Notes: a model not told the origin generated them from the letters alone. A DNA stretch of 64,000 nucleotides from an uncultured Acidobacteriota bacterium (GCA_963796275.1 CAWCKY010000006.1:2240001-2304000), one strand, 5' to 3'. Shown: positions 30,231-41,237, numbered from the stretch's first letter. Program-made: numbers and translations.

Positions 30231-32954
30231 TCATTCATGGCGCAACGCGACCAGCGGATCTACCTTCGTAGCGCGCCACGCCGGTATCCAGCAGGCCAGC
30301 AGCGCCACCGCTATCAGTAATGATGTGATGACCGCGAATGTCAACGGATCGGTTGCGCTCACGCCGTAGAGCAGCGTGTTCAGCATCCGGGTCAAAACAA
30401 GCGCGGCGAACAGGCCCAACCCCACGCCGCCCAGCGCCATTTTCAGGCCCTGACTCAGCACGAGCAGCAGCACGTCCGAGCGTTGCGCGCCGAGCGCAAG
30501 ACGAATACCGAGTTCCTGGATCCGCTGGCCGACGATGTAAGAGATGACGCCGTAAAGGCCGATGCTCGCCAACAGCAGCGCCACCAACGCAAAGGCGTTG
30601 AGCAGAATCATGGCGAAGCGCCGGCGGGCCAGCGACCCGGCAATCACCTCATTCATCGTTTGTGGCTCGTAAATAACGTTGTGGTTGTGCTGGTTTTGTA
30701 CGACGCGGCGGAGCGCATCAAAATGCGCCGTTGCAGTCGTTCCCGCCGCGCCATCGACACGCGCCACCACGTTCGCCTCGGAATTCCAGCCCGACTGCCG
30801 GTACGGAAAATAGAGCTGCGCCCGGAGCGCGTGGGCGTCGTCCTCATCGAGCCCCCACTGCTTCACATGCCCCACCACGCCGACGATCTCCCACGAGCTT
30901 CGATTGTCTCCCGGATTAACGCGGTCCCCCGGATTAATCCGCTTGCCGAGCGGGTCTGCGTTCGGGAAATATTGGCGGGCAAAGACCTCGTCAATCACTG
31001 CAGTAGGCTGAGTTCCTGTCTCATCCTGGGCGGTGAAAAAACGGCCTCGCCTTAGCGGGATGCCCATGGCCGTCAGGTAGCCGGGCTCGACTCCATATGC
31101 CAATGCCCTGTGCATCTCGCTGGTACTTGCAGGTCTGGGCTGGCCATCAAGCCAGAAGAACACGCTGTCACGGCCCTGCATAGGGGAGGCGCCCAGAAAC
31201 AATGAAGCCGCCTTGACTCCCGGCGTCGAGTTGAGGCGATCACTCAGATCGCGCAATGAAGCGATCCTCGCCTCCGGGCTGACAGCTCTCATCGATGGCG
31301 GAAAGCTGACTCCAAAGGTCAACACATTATCAGGTTGAAAGCCCGGATCGACATTCCAGAGCGCGTTCAGGGTGCGAATCATCAAGCCTGCGCCGATCAG
31401 CAAGACCAGCGCCAGCGCCATCTCCACCGCGACCAGGACGCCTTGCGCTCGGCGCCTCCCGCCTCCCGCTCCGCGCCCGTTCTCCTTGAGCGTTTCGGCC
31501 AAACGCCACTGCGAAGTCTTCAGCGCCGGAGCCAGCCCCGCCAGTATTCCTGTGAGCAGCGAAATGGCTGCGATGAATAGCAAAACCCGCGCATCTATCC
31601 CGATCTCATCTGTACGCGGCAACCCGGTAGGCATCACGTTGAGAGCGGCGCGCGTTCCCAGTGCGGCGAGCAACAAGCCAAGTCCGCCGCCTGCCAATGC
31701 GAGCAAGATACTCTCGGTCAGCGATTGGCGGAGCAGGCGCCACTGGCTCGCGCCCAGCGCGGCGCGAATGGCGAATTCGCGTGTCCTGCCGGTCGCGCGC
31801 GCGAGCAGCAGATTGCTGACATTGACACACGCGATCAGCAGCACGAACCCGACGGTGCCCAGCAGCATCCACAGGCTCGGCCCGACATCGCCGACCACCC
31901 TCTCCTTGAGCGGGATGACCGCCGCACCATTGCCACGGTTGGACTCGGGATAGGTGTCCGCCAGCCTACGCATTATGCCATCCAGATCACCCTGCGCTTG
32001 CGCGAGCGTGACGCCCGGCTTGAGCCGGCCAATGCCTTGCAGGCCCATTCCCGCGCTACGATTCTGCAACCCTGAATTGTTCCACTGGCCCATCGGCACA
32101 TAGACATCAGTGCCGCGATAGAGTGTAAAGTTCGCCGGGAGCACGCCCACGATCGTGAGGCTCTTATCATCCACGGTCAGGCTTTTGCCGAGTATATCCG
32201 GCGCCGCATTGAACTTGCGCTGCCAAAGCACTGCGCTGATGATTACCACCGGGCCAGCGCCGCGCTCATCTTCGCCCGGCGCGAAGTCGCGTCCCAACGC
32301 GGGTTTGACTCCGAGCACGGATAAGAGGTTCGCCGTGCACCGCCGCCCTCTTATCCGCTCGGCTTCGCCCGTGCCGACCAGAGCGAAACTGGCCGGGCGC
32401 GAGACGGCCATTGCGGAGAAGGTCCGATTTTCTTTTTGCCAGTCTAGAAAATTCAGGTACGAGACTGCACCCGCGGCGACATTCGGTACGCTCTGGTGGA
32501 GTGTGACAAGTTGCTCAGGCTCCGGATAAGGCAGCGGATTGAGCAGCACGCCGTTGACTACCGAAAAGAGCGCCGCATTAGCGCCGATGCCCAGCGCCAA
32601 CATCAGGGCAACTACAGCGCTGAAGACCGGTGTCTTCCATATCATCCGGGCACCGTAGCGCAAGTCTTGCCACAGGTCAGCAATCATCTTCGTCCTCCAG
32701 TCGGTTCCGGGTGCGAGGGGTTCTTGAGGGACCTGCCGCCCCATGCGCCGCAGTTCCCGCGCCAACAACTCACTGCCGTCCAATTCGGTCAGTGTTTGGC
32801 GATAGGCTTCCGGTTCCGTCGCGCCACCTGCCAACAACTCCGAGTAGTAGTCATCCAGATGTTGCGCCAATTCCTCAACAACTGCCGCTTCGCGCGTCGG
32901 TGTGAGCTGCAAGCTCTGCATCTGCGCTCTGATTTCCGCTTTCCAGTCAGGCAT
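30231..32954 (-). CDS. ADOP-family duplicated ABC permease (MacB/FtsX-like)
   Basis: [47 protein letters not shown]; start at MPDWK. Confidence 0.92.
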   Translation of the reverse strand: MPDWKAEIRAQMQSLQLTPTREAAVVEELAQHLDDYYSELLAGGATEPEAYRQTLTELDGSELLARELRRMGRQVPQEPLAPGTDWRTKMIADLWQDLRYGARMIWKTPVFSAVVALMLALGIGANAALFSVVNGVLLNPLPYPEPEQLVTLHQSVPNVAAGAVSYLNFLDWQKENRTFSAMAVSRPASFALVGTGEAERIRGRRCTANLLSVLGVKPALGRDFAPGEDERGAGPVVIISAVLWQRKFNAAPDILGKSLTVDDKSLTIVGVLPANFTLYRGTDVYVPMGQWNNSGLQNRSAGMGLQGIGRLKPGVTLAQAQGDLDGIMRRLADTYPESNRGNGAAVIPLKERVVGDVGPSLWMLLGTVGFVLLIACVNVSNLLLARATGRTREFAIRAALGASQWRLLRQSLTESILLALAGGGLGLLLAALGTRAALNVMPTGLPRTDEIGIDARVLLFIAAISLLTGILAGLAPALKTSQWRLAETLKENGRGAGGGRRRAQGVLVAVEMALALVLLIGAGLMIRTLNALWNVDPGFQPDNVLTFGVSFPPSMRAVSPEARIASLRDLSDRLNSTPGVKAASLFLGASPMQGRDSVFFWLDGQPRPASTSEMHRALAYGVEPGYLTAMGIPLRRGRFFTAQDETGTQPTAVIDEVFARQYFPNADPLGKRINPGDRVNPGDNRSSWEIVGVVGHVKQWGLDEDDAHALRAQLYFPYRQSGWNSEANVVARVDGAAGTTATAHFDALRRVVQNQHNHNVIYEPQTMNEVIAGSLARRRFAMILLNAFALVALLLASIGLYGVISYIVGQRIQELGIRLALGAQRSDVLLLVLSQGLKMALGGVGLGLFAALVLTRMLNTLLYGVSATDPLTFAVITSLLIAVALLACWIPAWRATKVDPLVALRHE

Positions 32955-33040
32955 AGTTGTTTCCCCTTCGCTCTCGAGCTGCCTGCGATCGATACGGCAA
33001 GCAGTGTTGAGGCCTTGCGGTCTTTCTTCACTGTCTTTCT

Positions 33041-33781
33041 TCAATTTGTTACTCGCAAATCTGTAAAGTGTGCGACCGTTCCCGGTCCGATCCATAAAGC
33101 AATCTGGCCCTGGCTTTGCCCATGTTTTAGATCATTGACCACCAATACGGGTTGCTGTGCGCCGTGAACGTACAAACGCGCTTTCTCCCCCCGGACTTCT
33201 ATCTTCACCTTGGTCCACTCGCCGGGAACGAGGTCCGCGTAGCTCTCGTATTTCTCCGGAAACTCTTTCCGCAATCGATGCCACGGGAAGTCTGGGAAAG
33301 AGATGTATTGGACCGAATGGTTACGCCGCACCTGATCCTCGGCGCGCCCGTTCGTCGGACGAAGATAGAAGCATTCATACTTTGCGTAGTCTTTTGCAGC
33401 GTCCGGCGAAACGCGGAAAGCCACTCCGACAAATCCTCGCGCCCCTTCTCCCGCATCGGCGCCGGGTTCGCCCGTCAGTTCTAGTTCGATCACGCCATCC
33501 TGGAACTCGGTCTTACTTAGGATGACCAGCTGTTCTCCATCTCTAACGTTTGCCTGCACTGCGCCGGCAACGCGCAACGCCTTACGCCCTTTGTACGTTA
33601 CCCAATCCGTTTTCACATTGCGGGGCTTTATCTCGTCGAGCGCATTCAGCGGAATGGCTATGGGCTTGACTTGTGTGAAAGCAACACCAAACGCCATCGT
33701 CAAAATAGCGATCAGGATCAAGCCATGTTGTTTCATCAATCTGCACACACGGAAGCGCAGTTCTTGCTCAAGTTTTTGCAT
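33041..33781 (-). CDS. DUF1080/concanavalin-like domain protein with ADOP-like N-terminal helix
   Basis: GGAGG RBS; [44 protein letters not shown]. Confidence 0.75.
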   Translation of the reverse strand: MQKLEQELRFRVCRLMKQHGLILIAILTMAFGVAFTQVKPIAIPLNALDEIKPRNVKTDWVTYKGRKALRVAGAVQANVRDGEQLVILSKTEFQDGVIELELTGEPGADAGEGARGFVGVAFRVSPDAAKDYAKYECFYLRPTNGRAEDQVRRNHSVQYISFPDFPWHRLRKEFPEKYESYADLVPGEWTKVKIEVRGEKARLYVHGAQQPVLVVNDLKHGQSQGQIALWIGPGTVAHFTDLRVTN

Positions 33782-33807
33782 AGTTCCTCCTTGTTCGAGG
33801 GTCCCTT

Positions 33808-36489
33808 TTATTCACCTCTTAGAACGATCATCGGGTTTGCTTTGGCTGCACGGCGAGCTGGAATGAAGCAGGCCAGCAAGGCAACCAGCGCCAGCAGCAG
33901 AGCGATCGCGGCAAATGTCACCGGATCGGTGGCGCTTATGCCGAAGAGCAGATTCTTCATCGTGCTCGTCAGCGCCGCCGATGCGACCAGGCCCAGCGCC
34001 ACGCCGGCGAGCGCCAGCTTCATTCCCTGTCCGATCACCAGCTTCAGCACATCACTCACCTGCGCGCCGAGCGCCATCCGGACGCCGATTTCGCGCGCAC
34101 GCTGCGCGACTGCGTACGACATCAGTCCGTAAATACCGATGCTGGCAAGCGCGAGCGCGGCAACGGCGAAGACGGTGAGCAACAGCATAGAGAAACGACG
34201 GGCGGCAACCGATTGCGCTACGATCTGATCCATCGTGCGCACGTTGAAGACCGCCTGATCTTTATTCAAGGCCGCTACCTCGCCGCGAACAGCTGAGGCC
34301 AGACTCAACGGTTCGGCCTCGGTGCGCGTAAGCAGATTGATGTGCTGCGCATTGTTCGCCAGCGCCTGTAAAGGGGTCTGATTGAAGTTGGTGTAAAACT
34401 GGGGCTGGATTGGCCGTTGTCCGTCCAGGTTGTAATGTTCAACGTGACGGACGATGCCCAAAATCTCTAAACTTGGCGTGTTGGGCCCATGCTTCAACCG
34501 CTTTCCAATCGGGTCTTCGTTGGGAAAGTATCGCTGGGCGACAACCTCGTTAATGACGGTCACCAGCTGGCTGTCGCGGGTGTCTTCGGCGTTGAAGACG
34601 CGGCCTTTGATCAACTCAATTCCCATTGTCTGGAAGTATTCTGGACTCACGGAGTAGCGAAGGCCAGATGGTTTTTTCTCAGCATCCGGCCGGCCTTCAA
34701 TGATGAATGCCGGGTAGTTCGCCATCCCAAATGGAAGTCCGTCCGCCACAGCGACCGATTTGACACCGGGCAGGCTCCGTATGTTTCTTGCAACTTGTTC
34801 GAAGAAGCTCGCCACTTTCTGCCCGTCGGCGTTGTTGACGGAGAACTGCATCGTTAGCAGGTCCTGTGCCTTAAAGCCCGGGTCGACCTGTAGCACTCGG
34901 CGGAAACTTTGAATGAGCAGGCCGGCGCCGATCAAGAGTGTCAGCGTCAGGGCGACTTCGCCGACTACCAGCACATTGCGCAGATGCTGGCGACGCCCGG
35001 ATGATCCCCGCTCTCCTTCTTTCAACCCTTCGGTCAGATTCGGGCGTGAAGCTTGCAATGCCGGAGCCAGGCCGAAGAGCAACCCGGTCAGGAGCGAGAC
35101 GATAAGCGTGAAGAGCAACACCGGCGCGTCAACTCGTGCTTCCCCCAGGCGTGGGATCCCGTCAGGTAATTGCGTAGCGATCAAACCCGTTCCCCAGTAT
35201 GCGAGCAGGATTCCTAACACAGCGCCCGACGCGGACAGCAGGACGCTCTCGGTCAGCAGTTGGCGAATGAGCGTGGCGCGACTGGCGCCGAGCGCCATGC
35301 GCACAGCCATCTCTTTACGCCTCGCGGACGCGCGAACGAGCAGGAGATTGGCGACATTGGCGCAGGCAATCAATAAAACCAAACCGACGGAGCCTAATAA
35401 AATCAAAAGAAGCTGTCGCAATTCGCCGACGAAGATTTCGTGAAGCGGCGTAATGCGCACGCGCCGTCCTTTGTTGCTCTTCGGATACAGTTGTTCCAGG
35501 CGCGCGGCGATCAGATTCAACTCAGTCTCCGCTTGCTGCTCGGTCACGTTGGGTTTTAAACGCGCGACGACGTCAGCTCCGGGGTCGCTGCCGCGCAGGC
35601 CGAAGCGTTTTCCCGAGAGACCGATGGGCACCGTGACCTCGGCATCCGCCCCGAACTGAAAATTTGCCGGAGTAATCCCGACTACGGTGAAGCTTTGATT
35701 GTTGAGCGTGAGCTGTTTCCCGATGATACCTGGATCATCGCCAAACCTGCGCTGCCAGAATCCGTAGCTCAGGATCGCCGCCGGAGTTGCCTCCGGGCGA
35801 TCCTCTTCCGCTAGAAAGTCGCGCCCGAGCAGTGGTTTGACGCCCAGGGTGGAGAAGAACTGCGCCGAGACGAGCCGTCCCTGCATGCGTTCCGGTTCGC
35901 CTGCGCCCGTGAGGTTGAAACTCTCGTTTTGACGTACCGCCGAGATCGCATCGAAGACCGTGTTCTGCGCGCGCCAATCAACAAAGTTGGGATAGGATGG
36001 CGAGAAGCCTCCTCCCACGGAGACACGCTCCCGCAAGATCACCAGGCGCTCCGGCGCCGAGTACGGAAATGGGCGCAGGAGAACCGCGTTGACAATGCTG
36101 AAGATCGCCGTGTTCGCCCCAATCCCCAGCGCGAGCGTGATGGCCGCCGCCAGCGTGAAGCCGGGGTTCTTCATCAACATCCGCGCGCCGAAGCGCACGT
36201 CTTGCCATAAAGCTGTGACCATATTCATTCTCCGATTGTTTCCGAGTACGATCGGTTCTCGACGGACTTGCCGCTCCACGCGCCGCAACTCCCGCTGAAG
36301 CATTTCATCTCCATTCAATTCAGCCAGCGTCCGGCGCTCGGCTTCCGCTTCACTCGCACCGCCCGCGAGCAGTTCCGCGTAGGAGTCCGCCAGGTGCTGT
36401 GATAACTCTTCGATAATCGCGGCCTCGCGAGTCGGCTCAAGCTTCAAATTCGCCAGCCGCCGTTTTATCTCTGGGTTCCACTCAGACAT
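33808..36489 (-). CDS. ADOP-family duplicated ABC permease
   Basis: LWQDVRFGARMLMKNPGFT, LIACANVANLLL, REIGVRMALGA, PARRAAKANP. Confidence 0.93.
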   Translation of the reverse strand: MSEWNPEIKRRLANLKLEPTREAAIIEELSQHLADSYAELLAGGASEAEAERRTLAELNGDEMLQRELRRVERQVRREPIVLGNNRRMNMVTALWQDVRFGARMLMKNPGFTLAAAITLALGIGANTAIFSIVNAVLLRPFPYSAPERLVILRERVSVGGGFSPSYPNFVDWRAQNTVFDAISAVRQNESFNLTGAGEPERMQGRLVSAQFFSTLGVKPLLGRDFLAEEDRPEATPAAILSYGFWQRRFGDDPGIIGKQLTLNNQSFTVVGITPANFQFGADAEVTVPIGLSGKRFGLRGSDPGADVVARLKPNVTEQQAETELNLIAARLEQLYPKSNKGRRVRITPLHEIFVGELRQLLLILLGSVGLVLLIACANVANLLLVRASARRKEMAVRMALGASRATLIRQLLTESVLLSASGAVLGILLAYWGTGLIATQLPDGIPRLGEARVDAPVLLFTLIVSLLTGLLFGLAPALQASRPNLTEGLKEGERGSSGRRQHLRNVLVVGEVALTLTLLIGAGLLIQSFRRVLQVDPGFKAQDLLTMQFSVNNADGQKVASFFEQVARNIRSLPGVKSVAVADGLPFGMANYPAFIIEGRPDAEKKPSGLRYSVSPEYFQTMGIELIKGRVFNAEDTRDSQLVTVINEVVAQRYFPNEDPIGKRLKHGPNTPSLEILGIVRHVEHYNLDGQRPIQPQFYTNFNQTPLQALANNAQHINLLTRTEAEPLSLASAVRGEVAALNKDQAVFNVRTMDQIVAQSVAARRFSMLLLTVFAVAALALASIGIYGLMSYAVAQRAREIGVRMALGAQVSDVLKLVIGQGMKLALAGVALGLVASAALTSTMKNLLFGISATDPVTFAAIALLLALVALLACFIPARRAAKANPMIVLRGE

Positions 36490-36835
36490 TTTCGGATCTT
36501 GTCACGCGGTTGATGCCCACGACAAATGACTCCCAGATGCTACGCTGCGCCGCCAGCACCTGCTTGCCTTCACGCGTCAATTTGTAATAGCGCCGCCGCC
36601 GCTGCCCCGCTTTCTCCATCCAGCGGCCTTCGATCCAGCCGCGATTTTCCAGCCGGTAGAGCAGCGGGTAGAGCGAGGCGGCGTTGAATTTCAGCACGCC
36701 ATCCGAACGCGTTTCTATCAGTTTGCGGACTTCGTAGCCGTGGCGCGGGCGGGCCTCCAAAAGCGAGAGGATGAGCAGTTCTGCGCTGCCTTTCTTCAAT
36801 TCGCGATCGAGCTTTTGTGAGTCGATATACTGCAT
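36482..36835 (-). CDS. PadR family regulator (acidobacterial ADOP-associated)
   Basis: KGSAELLIL, HGYEV, SLYPLLYRLE, RRYYKLT; directly upstream of an ADOP. Confidence 0.92.
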   Translation of the reverse strand: MQYIDSQKLDRELKKGSAELLILSLLEARPRHGYEVRKLIETRSDGVLKFNAASLYPLLYRLENRGWIEGRWMEKAGQRRRRYYKLTREGKQVLAAQRSIWESFVVGINRVTRSENV

Positions 36836-36841
36836 AAACAC

Positions 36842-36870
36842 ATATTACGTAACCGACTATCGAACGTCAA
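36842..36870 (-). promoter_or_regulatory. sigma70 promoter, probably giving a leaderless padR mRNA
   Basis: Minus strand TTGACG-N17-TAATAT-N6-ATG. Confidence 0.6.
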
Positions 36871-37201
36871 AGGAAATTCGAGGGCGCGCGCATTATTCGG
36901 CGGGAAAGTTGCTTAAGCGGAGTTGTGAACGCGACGCTTATTTTGATTTCCGCGCGGCGAATCGGCGAAGAAGATCGGGATGGAAATCATTCGGAGGCAT
37001 CGAGAGTCGCAGATGGGCCAGACGCATATTAATTTAATATTTGTCAAAAGGCTCATTCTTTTATATCAGTTGCTGAGAGCTGAGATCATTTCACGGGGGC
37101 GGCTCAAGAAAGATGGACATCGACAGGAGACTGACAGTAGGATGGCGCGTGTCAGTGATCAATCGGCGGCAAAGAACGCGAGTCCTGAGAGAGGAGATCG
37201 G

Positions 37202-38005
37202 ATGGACTGGGGCCTGCTAGTCATCTGCGTACTGACCTTCATCATTCACTTGATCGGTACGCTCGCATACTCCGTGCGCATTGCGGGAACTCGTACGCGG
37301 CGCATTGCGCTGTCATTGTCGCTCTTCAACATTCTCGTTCTCGTATCGCGGACATCGAATTCATTTCAGGCGCCGTTGCTGGCCAAACGCGTGGAGGACA
37401 ATATTGCCTCGGGAACTGCTACTACAGCTACATCGGACTTTCGCTTGCTTCTGGCGTCTGCGAGTGTCGCCACCGTGGTCGGCGCGCTGTTGATCCCGAC
37501 TTTTCAGCGTCTCTTCGCGAACTACGTCGAAGCCTTCGAACGGCATCGATCCATCCCAAGGATGGCGCTCCGCCTGTTTTCGACGCGGGCCATCGCGGTA
37601 GTGCGAGAAGCCGCAGTCTCCCCCGCGTGGAGCAATGTAGCGAGGGTCGGTCGCGGACCGCACATTCCATGGAGCGTGGCGCTACTGAACGCGGTCAGTA
37701 TGGCGATCTGGACGGTGGGCGTATTCGCTGCGCTGTACGCCGCGTATTTGCACCCGGAGTTGCGTGTGACATCGAGCCAACTGTCCGCTGTTGTGAACGG
37801 GGTTGCGACGATCCTGATGTTCGTCTTTATCGATCCGTACCTGTCGATGGTGACCGACGACGTCGCTGAAGGGCGCGTGAGCGAGGCTTATTTCCGTCGA
37901 TCCATTGTCTGGCTGACGGGAAGCCGATTTGCGGGTACTGTCCTGGCGCAGGCTCTCTTGGTTCCCGCGGCGTCCTTGATTGCCTCGATTGCCGAGCGCT
38001 TGTAG
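37202..38005 (+). CDS. amj: Amj-family alternate lipid II flippase
   Basis: IHLIGTLAYSVRIAG.RT, FNILVLVSR, LSAVVNGVATIL..FIDP; GAGGAG RBS before MDWG. Confidence 0.8.
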   Translation: MDWGLLVICVLTFIIHLIGTLAYSVRIAGTRTRRIALSLSLFNILVLVSRTSNSFQAPLLAKRVEDNIASGTATTATSDFRLLLASASVATVVGALLIPTFQRLFANYVEAFERHRSIPRMALRLFSTRAIAVVREAAVSPAWSNVARVGRGPHIPWSVALLNAVSMAIWTVGVFAALYAAYLHPELRVTSSQLSAVVNGVATILMFVFIDPYLSMVTDDVAEGRVSEAYFRRSIVWLTGSRFAGTVLAQALLVPAASLIASIAERL

Positions 38006-38142
38006 GCGCGTGGTCTATCGAGCCGCGGTCGCCGGCGCGCGGCGCGGTCGGAACAAATTGATTCGAATCCATGGCGCGTGCCGTCCGTTGGCAGAGGCGG
38101 CAAATCATTCGGCGCGCGACGCAAATGATCTGAGGAACGAGA

Positions 38143-38889
38143 ATGGGCAAATGGTTTGAAGATGAATCCTTCTGGAGCGAAATGTATCCTTTCATGTTCC
38201 CTGAGGAACGGTTTCATCTCGCCGAGGAACAAATAGAAAAAATATTAAGTCTTGTCGATTACCGGGGAGGAGCTGTCTTAGATTTATGCTGCGGCCCGGG
38301 GAGGCATTCTCTTGCACTCGCAAAGCGCGGAATTCGGGTCACAGCCGTCGACCGTTCCGAGTTTCTATTGAGTAAGGCAAAGGCAGAGGCGGCAAAATTG
38401 AATCTCGAGATCGAATTTGTCCTGGATGATATGCGGCAATTTGTTCGTAACCATTCCTTCAGCCTGATACTGAATATGTTCACCTCGTTCGGCTATTTCG
38501 ATGATAAAGAAGATGATTTAACCGTGCTCCGGAACGCATATCAAAGTCTGAATGACGGAGGGGCTTTGTTAATAGATGCTTTCGGTAAAGAGCCGCTGGC
38601 AAGAAAGTTTCAGCCCACAAGTTCCACGCAAGGTCCAGATGGAGTGTTGCTTATTGAACGTCACGAAATCTGTGAAGATTGGACCCGTTGCCGGAATGAA
38701 TGGATTCTCGTAAAAGATGAAACAGCGAGGTCGTTCAACTTCCAGATAAATTTATACTCCGGACAGGAGATGAAGGATATTATGCAGAGAGCGGGTTTTG
38801 ATGAAGTAGCAGTGTTCGGAGACCTTGATGGGAGTGAGTATGGGATCAATGCCAATCGTCTAATTGCTATAGGTCGAAAAGCCCATTGA
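38143..38889 (+). CDS. class I SAM-dependent methyltransferase
   Basis: VLDLCCGPGRH, DMR, NMFTSFGYF. Confidence 0.9.
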   Translation: MGKWFEDESFWSEMYPFMFPEERFHLAEEQIEKILSLVDYRGGAVLDLCCGPGRHSLALAKRGIRVTAVDRSEFLLSKAKAEAAKLNLEIEFVLDDMRQFVRNHSFSLILNMFTSFGYFDDKEDDLTVLRNAYQSLNDGGALLIDAFGKEPLARKFQPTSSTQGPDGVLLIERHEICEDWTRCRNEWILVKDETARSFNFQINLYSGQEMKDIMQRAGFDEVAVFGDLDGSEYGINANRLIAIGRKAH

Positions 38890-38947
38890 CAGAACAGCAC
38901 CTGATAATCTGAACTATAGAGCAAGACCGCAGCGCGAGGTTCGAGTA

Positions 38948-39535
38948 ATGAAGGTTGCATTCGGGATGAAAGCTCATTCGGGCTGGGCTGCGTTGATCGT
39001 CGTCGGCGAGCGGGATGACGAGCTGGTGCTGGCGGACCGGCGCCGCGTCGAACTCGTTGAAGACGAGTGGGCGAGGCAACCGTATCACGCGGCGGAGGAC
39101 CTGAAGCCGGAGGTGGCGCGGGGCCTGGTTAAGCGCGGCATCGAAACGGCGCGCCGGATCGCGGTCCGCGAGATGCGAACTGCCGTGAAGCGAGAGCGGG
39201 AGCGGGAAAACGAAGTTGCGGCCTGTGCAATTCTGGTCGTCGATCCAATGCCCGCCTGGAGTGTCGAGGAGATACTCGCGGTACATTTCCGTATGCACAA
39301 GGCGGAGGGCGTTCTGTTCCGGGATGTGCTCATTCGCGCCGCGAAGGAGTGCGGATTGAGGCTGGCTGAGATCCCGGAAAAGATGCTGACGCCGTATGCC
39401 GAGGTCGCGCTCGGGATTCCGGCGAGCAGCCTGGCGAAGGAGATCGCGAGGCTCGGCAAGGCTGCCGGCCCGCCATGGGGAAAAGACCAGAAAGAGGCTG
39501 CACTTGCCGCTCTGGTCGCGTTGCGGGGAGCTTGA
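38948..39535 (+). CDS. conserved-looking hypothetical protein
   Basis: 195-aa ORF with HSGWAA, QPYHAA, HKAEG and GPPW..DQKEAALAA motifs. Confidence 0.75.
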   Translation: MKVAFGMKAHSGWAALIVVGERDDELVLADRRRVELVEDEWARQPYHAAEDLKPEVARGLVKRGIETARRIAVREMRTAVKRERERENEVAACAILVVDPMPAWSVEEILAVHFRMHKAEGVLFRDVLIRAAKECGLRLAEIPEKMLTPYAEVALGIPASSLAKEIARLGKAAGPPWGKDQKEAALAALVALRGA

Positions 39536-39620
39536 AGTGAGGGGAATGGCCCGAATCGCGCTGGCATCAGAGTTCGTCTACCATCTTTAATAACTCAAGT
39601 ACCAAAAAAAACAGGAGGCA

Positions 39621-41237
39621 TTGCCCAATATGCGACGACGCGCTTTCATCAAATCGGCGGCTTGCGCCGGAGCCGGAGCTTTGGCGGCTTCACGGCTCAC
39701 TTTGGCTGCTGACGTCGAAATCGAAATAGCGCCGGATAATCCAGGTTCGGTTATTAACCCGCATCTGTACGGACATTTCATCGAGCATCTCGGCGGTGTG
39801 ATCTATGACGGCATTTGGGTCGGACGCAATTCCAAGATTCCGCACATCGACGGGATTCGCAAGCAGTTCGTTGATGACATGAAGCGAATCGGCGCTCCCA
39901 ATCTACGCTGGCCGGGCGGGTGCTTCGCCGACGGCTACCATTGGCGCGATGGTATCGGCGCCGCAGCCAAACGCCCTCGGACCTACAATTTCTGGGAGCA
40001 TCGAATGCCGCCCGGCAGACATGCGACGGAGACCAACCAGTTCGGCGTTCACGAATTCATGAGGCTTTGTCGCTTAATAGGCGCGGAGCCTTACCTCGCG
40101 GCCAATGTAGGTTCAGGCACGCCGAAGGAATTTCACGATTGGGTCTCTTATTGCAACGCTCCAGCGGGAACTGAAAGTCTGGCTGACGAGCGCGCGGCCA
40201 ACGGTGACAAGGACCCGTTCCGCGTGAAGTATTGGGGCGTCGGCAACGAGTCCTGGGGGTGTGGCGGCGATATGAAGCCCGGCGAATACGCCACGCAGTA
40301 TCGTCAGTTTGTCACACAGGTTCCCGTTTATGTGGCGCCGTTCCTCGTCGCGACCGGCCCGCGCGGGCATTCGCGCGATATGGATCTGGGGTGGACGACT
40401 GGATTCTTCGAGGCCATGCAGGGCGGTCATCGCAGCCAGGTTCACGGGTTTTCGCTTCATTTCTACACCGATTTCCGCAATAACAAAATGAGAGTCGCGG
40501 ATTTCAAAGAGCCAGAGTGGTACGCCGTACTGCTCGAAGGTTTGCGCACCGAAGATGTAATCGAGGCGCACTGGAAAGCGATGGGCAAGTATGACCCGCA
40601 GCATCGCACGAAACTGGTGCTTGATGAGTGGGGTGTATGGTATCAGACGGGAGAAGAGATCACCCCCGATTACATTCTGAGCCAGCCCGTCACTCTCCGA
40701 GACGCGCTGCACACGGCCATCACGTTCGACATCTTCAATCGCCACGCCGATAAGCTCGAGATGGCCAATGTTGCGCAGACGGTCAACTGTATTCATTCGC
40801 TCTTCCTGGCGCTCGAAGACAAATATACGCGCACTCCGCCTTATCACGTTTTCGAAATGTATCGGACACATATGGGTGCGCGGCTGGCGCCGATGCAGAT
40901 TCGAGGCCATGAATTGACAGTCCCGTTGCAGGAAGGCGCGGCGAAAATAGCTGCGCTGGCGGGTTCCGCTTCGATTCGCGAGAAGCGCTTGACGATCACG
41001 CTCACCAACCCATCAGTTGATTCACCGGTTACCGCCCGCATCCGGTTCTCGGGCGGAGCGATTGCTCGCGACGGACGCGGCGTAGTGCTCGCGCACAACG
41101 ATATACGCGCCCGCAATACCTTTCAGAATCCTGATGAAGTCAAGCCGTCATCCTTGCCGGTCAAAATCGGCAATGATGGCGTGGTTGTGATTATTCCCAG
41201 GCAGGCGGTCGCGGCGGTGGAGATACAACTCGCCTGA
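39621..41237 (+). CDS. GH51 alpha-L-arabinofuranosidase with Tat signal
   Basis: RRRAFIK Tat motif, RWPGGCFADGYHW, GNESWG, LDEWG, MANVAQTVN. Confidence 0.92.
   Translation: MPNMRRRAFIKSAACAGAGALAASRLTLAADVEIEIAPDNPGSVINPHLYGHFIEHLGGVIYDGIWVGRNSKIPHIDGIRKQFVDDMKRIGAPNLRWPGGCFADGYHWRDGIGAAAKRPRTYNFWEHRMPPGRHATETNQFGVHEFMRLCRLIGAEPYLAANVGSGTPKEFHDWVSYCNAPAGTESLADERAANGDKDPFRVKYWGVGNESWGCGGDMKPGEYATQYRQFVTQVPVYVAPFLVATGPRGHSRDMDLGWTTGFFEAMQGGHRSQVHGFSLHFYTDFRNNKMRVADFKEPEWYAVLLEGLRTEDVIEAHWKAMGKYDPQHRTKLVLDEWGVWYQTGEEITPDYILSQPVTLRDALHTAITFDIFNRHADKLEMANVAQTVNCIHSLFLALEDKYTRTPPYHVFEMYRTHMGARLAPMQIRGHELTVPLQEGAAKIAALAGSASIREKRLTITLTNPSVDSPVTARIRFSGGAIARDGRGVVLAHNDIRARNTFQNPDEVKPSSLPVKIGNDGVVVIIPRQAVAAVEIQLA

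Noticed and set aside
30905-30950. 18-bp tandem duplication in an ADOP ([12 protein letters not shown])
   Set aside because: A simple in-frame loop duplication with no sign of wider significance.
36980-37201. 74-aa N-terminal extension of the Amj ORF (similar extensions on the GH10, PQQ, ADOP 33095 and MerR ORFs)
   Set aside because: Longest-ORF artefacts; better RBS-supported starts lie downstream.
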